From Phoronis australis (taxonomy: Eukaryota > Animalia > Phoronida), in contig NMRA01000049.1 in NCBI GenBank assembly GCA_002633005.1, forward strand, positions 196,913 to 249,346: 52,434 nt of DNA, written 5' to 3'. Below, one piece after another: positions 1 through 11,704 of the stretch. The position numbers were made by a program, and so were the translations under genes. The notes under the pieces were generated by a model. It ran no database searches and was not told the DNA's origin. It saw nothing but the letters and a program-made list of their open reading frames with translations. Numbering within the stretch: position 1 is the first letter of the stretch; each line of letters starts with the position of its first letter.

Positions 1-332
1 GTTAGATCCTGTCCTTCTTCCAGCAATTTCCGTCTCAGGTAGTCCGACCGCGTTTTTGACAAAATTTCATCGCGGATGTGGTTGTCCGTGTCCGCTCCGT
101 AAGCACACTCTTTCACCGCTTGTCGCAATCGAGTTGCGAATTGCAGAGTCGTTTCACCATCTTTTTGTGTTAATTGACGAAACGCGTGTCGGGCAAAAGC
201 AGTGTTCACTTGGGGAACGAAGTGTTCGTTCAGTTTATGGACTGCCAAGTCGTAATCCTTGGCCGTGCCCGTGTCCGTCAAGGTCCAAAAAATGTCCTGT
301 ACATCGGGACCAGCGTAATGCAACAGCTGTGC
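1..332 (-). mobile_element. Ty3/gypsy-type LTR retrotransposon gag fragment (5' part missing, runs off the window start)
   Basis: Manual minus-strand translation, absent from the ORF track because it has no stop in the window: AQLLHYAGPDVQDIFWTLTDTGTAKDYDLAVHKLNEHFVPQVNTAFARHAFRQLTQKDGETTLQFATRLRQAVKECAYGADTDNHIRDEILSKTRSDYLRRKLLEEGQDL. The LLH.AG..VQDIF, F...Q..GET..QF..RLR and IRD.I...LRRKLL pattern is typical of metazoan gypsy Gag. Confidence 0.8.
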
Positions 333-1839
333 TGAGTTGCCCTGAATGTGCATTGGAGCATGAGGTTTAATCAGTCAGGTCATAAAAAGGTGATCATCTC
401 TAAGTGGCTAATGACTTTGTTGAAAAAATAGCAAAACTGCCTTAGATGTATTTGTGTAGCTTTTGGGAAAAAGCCGTTTCCTGAACTGAATGTGATGCGG
501 TCGGGCATTTTTTGACTTTAAACAGTGAGACATTTTTCAAAATGAGTCCGGTCTAATGTGGATGGCTCATGACTGTACCCACCTACTGCTCTCACTCGAT
601 CATCAGCATTCAGTATCTAATCTTTGTAGCCGAAAATTGAATTTGAAATTATTTTTATCATTTCCTGATCTACTTTATGCAAACTCAATTCAAGTGTCTT
701 AATTCTTTGCTAGAGTATGTTACAGTTTACCTGGGTGATTGTCTAATCCTAGCTTGTACTTGATGACCTCATCATTAAAAAAGTTTCAAATTTTTACAGA
801 CAATATCACTTATGTCAAGGAATTGTGGCACAAAAAAAATTAACATACTCCGAAAGTACTTTTGTAAGTTTTAGTCTAATATGTATTGAAAATGTTTTTT
901 CTGATCCTTTTGGCCCTTCACTGTGAAAATAGTAAAGTGTTTTGGAATTTTTTTCATTTTGACTTTCCTCTAGAGGAAACGTGCAGTCAATGCATATCAC
1001 TGAGTGCGGTGGTGTGAATCCTTTATGGCCTCAAGAGAGTCTGAAGAAGTTTTTCTATCCGTCCTTATTGATTAAGCTGACAGACTTCAACTGACAAGAG
1101 CCTAAGATTCCTATGCTAATTACAAAACTGTTGTATATTAGATAAAATGCTTATTGGCTTTGTTTTAGTAGCCTTCCAAAAATGTTTCCGAGTTTAAGTT
1201 AAAGAGGAAGGTCGCAGATGAATTTGCTGCTCAGTTAAACTTGTCTGGATGGCTTGACTGCCCTGGTAATTACAAAAAAACTTTTCTTTTTCCCACTGAC
1301 TGCCTTTTTCAGCATGTCAGGAGTCTGCCTCAACAAATCATATTTCTGGATATTCTTTGGAAAAATGGGTACTAAAAACTTGCGTCACCACGTTGTGGTA
1401 ATCTTCATGCAGGATATTGGCAGCTGAAGTTAAAACATTCTGCCGGGTGAATGAGATTGTCTCCCTGGCTTACAATAAATGAGACTTGAGTCAGAAGGCA
1501 CATGCAGTTATGAACTTTATTAGAATATTACGCTGTTTTGTAAATGCTGAAGCAGTCATATTGACTTGAATGGATTGCTTTGATTAAGTGAGAATATTTT
1601 AGTCAGTAGACTGTAACAAATTTATAAGGGCTATATTTCTGTTTGGTGAAGCTTTGTTTAACAACTGCTCAAAAATGGACTTCATGCAGCTGAAGAATCA
1701 AAGTGATGTCACTAAGAATCGTCATCACAAGTCACCTGATATTTGAGTTTGGTTAACAGGTGGGGTCCTATGCGCTAGCAAAAAAAATTCATTGAAGAGA
1801 TCCCTGGGGAAAATGTGATTCATCGGTGCTGAGCATTGC

Positions 1840-2430
1840 TTTCCATGAGGGCCCTTAACATGTTCACCTCACATTATCTCCTTGAGGTCCTATAACACAT
1901 CGATTTCACTTCATGAGGACCCATAACACATTCATAATCACATTCACTTTGTGAAGAGCCTACAACACATTCACATCACATTCATTCCATGAGGGCCCAC
2001 GACATCTTGTCAAATTCACTCCACGAGGGCCCATAACACATTCACATTGCTTTCACTCTATGAGGGCCCATAACATTCATGATCACATTCACTTTATAAG
2101 AGCCTGCAGCACATTTACATCACATTCACTCTGTGAGAGCCCTTAACACAGTCATGTCACATTCACTCCATCAGATGGCCCACAACATGTTCACCTCACA
2201 TTCATTATGAGGGCCCACAGCATATTCGTATCACACTCAATCTGCGAGGGCCCAAAACATGCTTACATCACATTCATTGTGTGAGGGCCCACATCACATT
2301 CAATCGATGAGGCCCTCAACACATTCACACATTAACTGAGGGTCCACAACACTTTCACTCTATGAGGTCCAACAACACATTTACATCATATTTATTCCCT
2401 CTGTAAGGGGCCTCAACACGGTCTTACCTT
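1840..2430. repeat. Degenerate minisatellite, unit about 35-40 bp
   Basis: Recurrent CACATTCACTCYATGAGGGCCCAYAACACATTCA-like units in tandem. Confidence 0.85.
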
Positions 2431-5400
2431 ACACTCACTTCTTTTCATGCAGTCTAGACGAAGCCCAAGAAGACAAGAGATATTAAAGTCGCATCAATTT
2501 TGTGAGAAAAAACTTTCAAAATTGTCCTTTTTCCTGTGAATGTCCACAGTTTTTCAAAATATTGTCTGGTGGTAGCCTGTTGTATGGAAGAACAATAATT
2601 TGGCAGTATATTTTACATCTTTTATGAAAAAGGGGGAAATAAAATTTCACTTGTCTGCCATATGGTGTCCTAAATCGTTGAGGTTTTACCATTTCCGTAT
2701 TTTGCCGGCCAACACCGATTTTAAGCAAATGCGAGTCAGTCCGCAATCCATAATCATTGCATTCTACCCTTGCCTCGTACTGGGGTAGAAAAACACTCAT
2801 GCTGCTCTGGTTCACCTTGCTTATGGAGCCTGAAATTTGAGGGTGACTGTTTAGAGTAATGACTGTCATGGAAATGCAGCCACAGTTGCAACCAGGAATA
2901 TTAATGTGCCAATGATGCAAGATATGTCCTGCTGCTACTGCTACCTTCTCCTTGTGAATGATAAGGTTACAGATAACTAACATTTCTCTGCCAATTTTAT
3001 TTGGTTTTGTTCACACGCATCATCAGGCCAGCGTTCCTTACTAAGCGGGTCACTGATTTGTCAAAAAAACTAGGGGAGAAGGTTATCACAATGCAAGTGT
3101 CAATTGACTTTGGGAATAGTGGAGCCCACTTAACGTAATACCGAGTTAAAGCTGCTGTAATGATCCTGGGTCAAAAATGACGATCTTTACAGAAATATTT
3201 TGCTATTACAAAATACTGAACCGGTACTACAAAACACCTAGCTGGAATTCTCCTGACCTCCTTATTGCTTAATCAGGCAGCTGAAACTATCCCGCACACT
3301 TTATGAGCCTGCAGGTCTAGAGTCAGTTCTGCTCAAGCCTAGAAATCACTTCTAATCTTAGTAAGGAACAAGATGAGGCCAGTTTTTGATGGTAAGTGAC
3401 TTGAATCGAGTTATTTTTAGATAGGGTGTGGTTTTATTGTCCCTTCAAGCAATAAATGTTTTATTGAGGCATTGTCCTTTGCTATGGTATATCACTGAAG
3501 AGGCCACCCTCATTTTAAATATCACAATAAATAAATAAGTAAAAAGTTGAAGGTGATGGTGTATGATATCGAGGCAGTCTCTACTACATTTTGGGGGTTG
3601 GAGGGGTAACTATACATGGTAGCTTAGAATTTTTCGTTTTAAATAGTTGTAAATCATGGCTGTCCTTCGCACACAATAGGGCTTTTTGAAATTGATTTGT
3701 AAGGTCATTGAAAGTACCGGGTAGTTCTTTGTGAGCCCTGCAACTATCCCACATGTGCTGTGCAGCTAAACAAAGGGTTTTTGGGCCTGATTTAGAAAAT
3801 AATGACTCCCTATGAATTCTGAATAGCTCATCCTAGACTGAGTAGAAGCTTCCCACTAAAAGAGGCTGAGTCTGGAGCAACAGCCCAACGTCTATTGGAG
3901 GTTCTATAGACACAATTTGCCTTTTGGCTTGAGCACTGATGGCATGAACTGAGATCAAACTATGTAAAGTGATTCACCTGATCAAACGCAAGATGCTGCA
4001 TCGATTTGCTATTTCACCAGCACAGTTAGGGTTTGAATATTTTTGTTACACTGGAGCGTGTCACGCCCGCCCGACCGTTCCCTCATGATAGACAGCCCTG
4101 TGAATAATATAATATTACAACTTCTAACAGGTCAATTATGTCAGTAAAAACTGAGCTATCACACTAGAATCCTAGTCCAAATACATAGCTGTGAATAACA
4201 GAACAGTCTTGTGAATGTTATTATACCACCCTATTACAACTTCAAACTCAGGTTAAAACACTTCATTACAAACTGAGCTGTCACGCTAGAATGCCAGCCT
4301 ACTACATTTTTCATGAGAGTCAATTGAAAATGTTCAAAATACCTTGTTCATAATAACTAAAATGCCAAATTGATTGAAGTCGTGGGGTTTGTTCTAGTGG
4401 TTGTAGGAACTCCGTCCCAAAAGGATAGCACTTTTCAGTTGATGAGGCAGAGCATTTCACAACACCACACAATTTGAATGGCATGAATTTTATAACCAAT
4501 CCGAATGCCTGAATGTTTTCTTCATTCAATTCACTATTGAGAAGTCCCACTGCATCATCTTTTACCCAAGCTGTATCGTTGGCACTGATGGAAAATTATC
4601 ATGTCCACAAACATAAAGTGACAGCTCATATTTCATACGTCTGGATGTGATTTCAGTTTATCTGAGTGAGCACATCCCTGATGGATGATCAAATATTACT
4701 TTGATAGCCACAAAGATTCAATTCACTAACAGTGCATTAACCCAACATAAACTTGTCAAATACATCCTGGAAAATTCCCAGGTCACCGATTGGAAACTGA
4801 GATTGTCAAACCTCGCTGGCAAAAGCCCAAATGAAAAACCTGAGACTGAAGTGAAATGCCGACTAACTCGGGGAAATGTCTGCCGGCATACCCAAATTTG
4901 CTAAGACGGCGTTTTTTTAAGTTGTATACTTATGCTCAAATAGAAAACTAGGAGTGTCTTACATTCTCAGTTATGACCAATTTCCTCCATTCCCCTTCAG
5001 GAGACAAATATCCCGCACACAGGATCTGACCTCCAGAGGCAGACGGTCATGATCAGGCCCTTATGATATTTGCCGAACGGTTCTGACTTCCGTCCATTTA
5101 CTTCCTGCTTTAGAATTTTGAGTGCATACTTAGATTAGGTGTGACGATTTTGTGGCAACCTGGAGTTTTTACCAGGTTGCTGAAATTTGAGGTCGTTTTG
5201 GTGACCTGTTGGTCGCCAAATCAAGCCCTTCACTGACTATACGGGGGCGAAATGAAAGTTCTCTAAGCTTTTTCGTAATAAGTTTTTGTGTGTGTATGTA
5301 TGCTTCACTGGTCACATTTTTTGTCTGATCGAGCCCTTTTGTTTTTCAGAGAAAGTAAATTAAAGTGTGGAACTATGACAGCTGTCTTTTGAATTTTTAA

Positions 5401-7472
5401 CATAAAAAATTGACATTGTTTTGGGCTATCTCAAGTGCGTCATCCTTAAAATGCAGAAAGTGACAGATTGCGCGTTATTCGCTTGACACTATTTGCTGCA
5501 CAATGAGTATGGTGTAAGGAAATCGAACTATTTAACACAAGTCAAAATACAATCTACGCTATGACCTGCAGTATGACGTAATATAAATATCAGGGACGTA
5601 GCACATTTTGTTGGGTGAGGTCACTGTAAAGACACATTGGTCACCTAGAAAGTGATTATTAAATGCTGCGTTTGATGTACGAAACTGTTATGTTCGAATC
5701 CTTTCACAACCTTGTAGTTAATGCTGTAATCCAATGTCGGCTTTTATGCTCACTTGAGAATGTGTAGCTGCTCATTAAAGTAAAGAAATTATTTCTTGAA
5801 TTTATACTTGTTTCCCTGACATATATCTGCATATAGGTATGGAAACCTTCTTACATCAAACAGCAAGGTTTACAATCTTCAGTCATCCCACGATACATGG
5901 ATATCAACATGCATACTACTGTTTGAAATTCATTTGCAAGAGGTGACCGTGACCTTTGTTATTTGATGATTTGACTTGTGATTTGGTTCAAGAAACCAGG
6001 ATCTTCTTGAAAAGTTATACCCGGGAATTTTCATTAGGAATGTCGCAAGACAAACATCATGTCTACCCCTTTTCGTTTTTTGTTTTCTAAACATTTTTTG
6101 CTGTTTAAGTAATGTGCATCCATTGTCTATTAAACAACAGTTTTCAACTAACTGCGAAGTTTTTATTCATTGTGCATAATTATTCACTCCTTTCTGTGCT
6201 TAGTGAATTATTTTTATGTCCCCTGGTCAACTTGGCCAACAATATTCCTTAATCCAATACATCTACATTTCCCAGCCCTTTCTATGTTAGGAATTGATCT
6301 GATATTTATGCTTCAATAGTAATAGGGATATTAGCTTAGTGAGCCATGTAAACTGTCAAGCACTCTACTGCCAAGGTGCAGTATTTAACCTGCTAGGCAA
6401 CAAATCACGTCGGGCTTTAAGAGCACGTCCTCTGGACATGACTTGTCACACGTCTCCACCTCTGTACATGTAACTGTTATCACTGTGTGCTTACTGATTG
6501 CTGCAGTTAACCAAATGAACATCAAATCATGACCAGCTTGTGTTGTCAGTGATCACCCGATCATAAATTTCTATTTGTGAATCACTTATTAACATTCTAC
6601 TGGCATTGGCTTATTTACTGACTCATGTCATAGGGGCAAGTCAGCTGTTGAAACTAAGTTATACACTAGAAAATGTCATAGTATAGGAGTAGTTTGTTAG
6701 ACCAATTGCCGCCAAACGATTAGGGCATGCCGCCAAGCGGGTTAGGAGAGGGAATTTTACCCATCCACTGCATGGTATCATCTCAGGAAGGGGTTTGGGG
6801 GGGCGCTTGAAAGTGGTATTGTTTCCGGACTAGTGTTTCAAAATTTGGTGTCGTCTGTGGTGCACGTTTTCCCTGTTGCCCTGCTTACTGGGCTCGGTCT
6901 GGATTATGAACGTGTAGCAGCACCCCATTTACGTGTTATGTAGAAGAGGAATTCCCTCCCCTGCGACATAATTCTCCAGGCCCATCATTACGTGTGAACA
7001 GATCAACATGTTAATGCGCTTAGCTCTACTTATTGTGTTTGTGCTTGCTACGTTACTGTGTAAAATGAGCATATATTCACCGTCTTGTTTGTTGCCAACT
7101 GGGAGTCTCTCTCACCTATATCCGGTGTAATTTGCTATAATTTAGAATCCAGTAAGAGACCCGAGATTTGTTACCTGCTTGTGTCTGTGAATATAATGCA
7201 TATTTATACTGTACTGCATATACAGAGTTTGTTAAACGCACTACACTTTTCATTGTTCACAGCTCTTTATTCCGTTACGTCCGTACTTTCGGAACAAAAC
7301 TCTACTCTCAACTGAACGTAACTGACCTAGCGACATAATTAAAAGACACACGATATTTTGAAACATACTTGTTTCATTCTCATGTTAAGATAAAATGACG
7401 CAGTAATACCACCACAGAGCATTACACACACAGTGAGACACGGGGGGGAGGTGAAATACTGCAAACTTTGCA

Positions 7473-7527
7473 ATATATGCATATATATGTGTGTGTTGCG
7501 TGTGCGTGGGCGTGTGTGTGTTTGTGT
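7473..7527. repeat. Imperfect (AT)n/(GT)n microsatellite
   Basis: atatatgcatatatatgtgtgtgttgcgtgtgcgtgggcgtgtgtgtgtttgtgt. Confidence 0.7.
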
Positions 7528-7624
7528 ATTAATTAGTCCTTGTGTCTCATTTCTCTAATTACCTTAAGGACCATAGCAACTGTGCTGTAACTACTGGTGA
7601 CGAGTTTCATGCAGTATAGTGCGT

Positions 7625-7651
7625 TAACATTTAACATGTTGTGTTTTTCAG
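7625..7651 (+). promoter_or_regulatory. Probable 3' splice acceptor of a 5'-UTR intron of the desaturase gene
   Basis: ttaac (branch-like) ... tgttgtgtttttcag|AAACT ATG G. The AG ends 6 nt before an ATG in good Kozak context (A at -3, G at +4). Confidence 0.6.
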
Positions 7652-7656
7652 AAACT

Positions 7657-8997
7657 ATGGCGCCTGGTCTGCACAAACGAAACTCCTCGGTCGAGAACAT
7701 TGACGTAGGGGATGTACCCCTTAGTGAAGATATTAAACCTCTGGAACCCCCTCCCAGTCTCAGCGACAAGAAAGTGATCGGCATCAATGGCTATTGGTAC
7801 GATGTAACAAATTTTCTTGAAAAACACCCTGGAGGGCCAGTCATTAAGCAGTTTGTCGGTCATGATGCTACGCACGTATTCTATGGCTACGGGCACACTG
7901 ACGCCATCTTGAAACACCGAAAACCAGTGGGCACGTACAAGATGCCGATGCGTCACCCAGCTGACGAAGACTTTGAGAAACTTATTAAAATGTTCAAAGA
8001 GAAGGGATTCTTTGAGACTGACTGGGGATTTTACGCTAAGAAAATGAGCGTCGTCGCTGTGTTGATCTTGACCGTGTTTTACCTGGTGGTCAACTTTGAC
8101 CAGTGGTACGTGCACTACTTTGCTGCAGTGGTTCTAGCCTTCTTCTGGCAGCAATGTGGTTTCATTATGCATGAGTTCATGCATACGCAGGTGTTCCGTG
8201 ACCCGTACAAGGACAGCTGGTTTGGCATGGTGTTTGGCACCATCGGATTCGGCATTAGCACACACTGGTGGCAGGATGAGCATATTGTACATCATGCGTT
8301 GACCAACACGGTCGGCGTCTCGGAACGATTCGCCGACCCGCAAATGTGGGAGAGCGTCTGGGCCCAGAACGAGAAACTCTATCCGCTTTTCTGGCGCAAA
8401 GACAACGGACTGTTCACGCTGGCCAAAGCTTGTCTCCAGTATGCTCTTATTAAGATACAGCACTTCACGTTTGTACCCGTCGTTACGATGGTTGGACGAT
8501 TCGAGATCGTAACAGACAGCTTCCTGAAGGAGCGCCGCTGGTACGAGTGGATGATGTGGATTCCACACTGGATCTGGTTAGGGACGCTGCTTTCCTACCT
8601 CCCAGACTGGAGAACGCGCATCATTTTCTACGTGATTGCCTCGTGGGTTCAGGGAATATTCCACTTCCAGCTGATCCTTAGTCACTATTGCAAGGACTTC
8701 CTGTTCACGCACGAGTTCCACCGTTCGTCCTGGTACAAGTTCCAGATCGACTCCAACATGAACATCGATTCACCCTGGTGGCAGGACTGGTACTACGGCG
8801 GCCTCAACTACCACATAGAACATCACTTATTCCCGCGCATGGCTCGCAAACATCTACGCACTGCCGGGCCATACGTAGAGGAGGTGTGTAAGAAACATGG
8901 TATACAATACGATAGCTGTAGTTTTACCTCAGCACTGTGGAGGACTCTAGTTCATCTGAAAAAGGCAGGCATGCATTATACTCTAGATCCACGCTAA
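7657..8997 (+). CDS. Cytochrome b5-fusion front-end-type fatty acid/sphingolipid desaturase, 446 aa, single coding exon
   Basis: N-terminal b5 domain (YDVTNFLEKHPGG...DAT...GH), hydrophobic TM segments and three His boxes: HEFMH, HIVHH and HIEHH (in GGLNYHIEHHLFPRM). Start placed at ATG 7657, just after the splice acceptor, rather than the track's GTG at 7597. Confidence 0.95.
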   Translation: MAPGLHKRNSSVENIDVGDVPLSEDIKPLEPPPSLSDKKVIGINGYWYDVTNFLEKHPGGPVIKQFVGHDATHVFYGYGHTDAILKHRKPVGTYKMPMRHPADEDFEKLIKMFKEKGFFETDWGFYAKKMSVVAVLILTVFYLVVNFDQWYVHYFAAVVLAFFWQQCGFIMHEFMHTQVFRDPYKDSWFGMVFGTIGFGISTHWWQDEHIVHHALTNTVGVSERFADPQMWESVWAQNEKLYPLFWRKDNGLFTLAKACLQYALIKIQHFTFVPVVTMVGRFEIVTDSFLKERRWYEWMMWIPHWIWLGTLLSYLPDWRTRIIFYVIASWVQGIFHFQLILSHYCKDFLFTHEFHRSSWYKFQIDSNMNIDSPWWQDWYYGGLNYHIEHHLFPRMARKHLRTAGPYVEEVCKKHGIQYDSCSFTSALWRTLVHLKKAGMHYTLDPR

Positions 8998-9373
8998 CTA
9001 GGAGCCGAGTAAGGTATAGGTTCAAATGAGGGCGATTCTGAAGGGAACCTCGTGGAAACCTAAAATTTAGTATTTGTAGGGGCAAGGCAGTGCTGTGTAC
9101 TTAATACGCAGGCGCAGATACAGATTAAACATTGAGGGAGGCCCAAAGATTGCGTGCTTGTACACCTGTGTTTTGTTGCGCAGGTGCCTAAACCCCTGCG
9201 TTAATCCATTTCCAGATTTAGTTTTGGTTGTGAACCTGGATCTGCACCTCATACTGTATTGACAAAGGGTAGATGCCAGTACCTATTTGGACCTAAGTCT
9301 AAATCATGTTTACAAAAATATAATCCAAGGAGAAAAGAGCGATAAATCTTGCTTTGTATGTTATGTTGAGTCT

Positions 9374-9450
9374 GCCAGTGGTTGCTTTGTGGTTATGTTC
9401 AGCCTGCCAGTGGTTGCTTTGTGGTTATGTTCAGCCTGCCAGTGGTTGCT
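9374..9450. repeat. 31-bp tandem repeat, about 2.5 copies
   Basis: gccagtggttgctttgtggttatgttcagcct repeated. Confidence 0.85.
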
Positions 9451-11499
9451 GTGTGGACACTGGGGTGATAAACCTGGAGCCCATCTTTCCATTAATGCTA
9501 TAGTAGCGCATATGTCTTCTTGTCTCATATTCTAGTATTATTTTTCTTTGGTTGTGTACAAGTTCACCTCATTTCTTTTATTGCCTTGTCTACAGTGTAC
9601 GGTAACGTTTCTTCAAATTAGAACACAATATGGCAGAACGGTAAGATTTTATTTTATCGAAATTTTCAACAAGACTAACCAAGTCGACAGTTTTACCTGG
9701 TTATTTGAAAGCTTGATGTAGTATGGCTGTCATTATCAAATGCACAGTGAAATTTTGAACATTTTTGGCAATACAGTGAGCGTTTGAAAAATGAAAAATG
9801 AAAGTTTTGGCCAATAGTTTTGTCAGAATTTGAGGAAACTATACCGATAAATTTGTGTGCCCATTTTGATTTTGACAAATTTTCATCAATTTTTGTGCCT
9901 TGTGTCCCAGTGCAACTGTTACTTACTGGTGATCTCAGTTTTTAGACGTCAATTGCATGTGGACTAAACACTCTTTATATGGCCATGTGCTAGAACCTGG
10001 GAGTTTGATCTAGCGCCCAGAATGGGTTTTTTTTTGCCATAATAGGTATTTTGACTTTTCTTCAGCGGTTCATTCATGAGGTGCCTTTGGACAGATATAT
10101 AAACATCCTCTGAAACCTTCTAATTAGTGTCCAAAGCTCTGCTGGTCTTCTGATTTTCGGATCATTAGCTCTCTTTTAGTTGATAGATGTTGCCATTCTG
10201 TGCGTGCCGCTATCTTGTTAACTTTTGTATCCAATGCACACTGATTGCTCCACGTTTGTACTGTACTCAAAAGCGGTTATAACTTTTAAACTGGCTTAAA
10301 ATCTTTTAAGTATCAGTCTGAACACACAAAAACTGCCGAGGATGGTTTAGCCAGAGGTTAAACTTGCTGTGAGCAGGCAGTTGTAAAAGTTATACTATAG
10401 GTGTCTCTGCACCGACAGTGATATATTGTAAAGGGATAGCAATGTCGACTAGCAACTAAAACCATGAATTAGGGCTACAACAGTTTTAAATTTTGGTGTG
10501 AACTGTGTACAGTAACGATTACAGTTACAACTACATAGGAGTTACGATCAGGTTTAATTCGTGTAACAATTTGCCTGTTCACAGAATAGCCATTATTGTG
10601 ACAATCATAATGTGACTCATCATAACTTCCTCATTCATTGTTGCGCCAACTCTCTTTTTGTTCATTTCCTTGTGTGGGGCAGTAAATTTGATTTAGGTTA
10701 ATCTTTCACTAGTTGAGAGCACAATATTGCGGACAGGTGTAATTTAATTTCTCATTTCTTCATATAAATGATATATGGTACCAGAGTGTTGCTTTGATAT
10801 GTTCAATGCGTTTACGTAGCTAACAATATACAATCATTTTGAAAAATTGTGAGTGTTCGCAACGATGTTTGAAACCCTTAAAAACAGTGCTCTTTTACCA
10901 ACAGTTTTTGTCTCGAATTTGAGAGTACCGTGCTAGAGGTTACCGATTTTGTTGTTTACAATCTGTATTTTGTGTATATCTTACGCTTTTAGTATCATGC
11001 AGGCAGTCTCGTTCAGCCCTCTTGGAATTCACTGAAACGTAGCTGATATTTTAGGAAGTATGTAAAAACTTGCTAATGATTCCACTAAATTAGAGATCCC
11101 CCTTGTTTGTTGGACCAAAATATTCCAGTGACTACTGTTTTTTTTTTTGACTTCCGCAATCATTTTTACAGTATTTAACAGTAGGTTCTGTACAATTGTA
11201 TCTTCTGAAATCATGGCACCAAAATTTTTAGGATCAAATTTTAATGTAAAATTGCGTAATTTTTTGGTGTCGTTTTCATGTAGGCGAATATGTTTGTATG
11301 AGAGATAGTGGCAAAAAATTGTCAAGTTAGAATAACATGGTCAATTACCGATTTGTTTTACCAACAGATGTTCAGGCTTAAAAATAAAATTTTTATTGAC
11401 TATACGTACATTAAAGATTTAAAAATAAAACCTAAAAATTCTTCATTGGACTCTGATAAACTGGATCGATACCCCAGTTGAAGTGAGTGCATTAAAAAG

Positions 11500-11704
11500 A
11501 GGTTTTGTCTAGGCTGAGAAGCTAGAATCATGTTTTTTTGTTTAGTCCTTCTGTTATCTTCTGTGATTTCGAATATATACACGAAACTGAGTAATTTGTG
11601 AGGTTTTGTCTAGGCTGAGAAGCTAGAATCGGTGTTTTTTTTTTTGTTTAGTCCTTCTGTTACCTTCTGTGATTTCGAATATATACACGAAACTGAGTAA
11701 TTTG
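11500..11704. repeat. About 100-bp local tandem duplication
   Basis: aggttttgtctaggctgagaagctagaatc...acgaaactgagtaatttgt occurs at about 11500 and again at about 11601 with small differences. Confidence 0.85.

Noticed and set aside
56-370. 104-aa plus-strand ORF
   Set aside because: Antisense shadow of the minus-strand gag frame.
1840-2430. CRISPR-like periodicity or zinc-finger array
   Set aside because: Degenerate contiguous units with no unique spacers, no cas genes, no maintained frame, and a eukaryotic context.
7533-8891. ORFs overlapping the desaturase (84, 155, 144 and 67 aa) and the 20-aa N-terminal extension from 7597
   Set aside because: Shadow frames of a real CDS; the extension lies upstream of a splice acceptor and starts at GTG.
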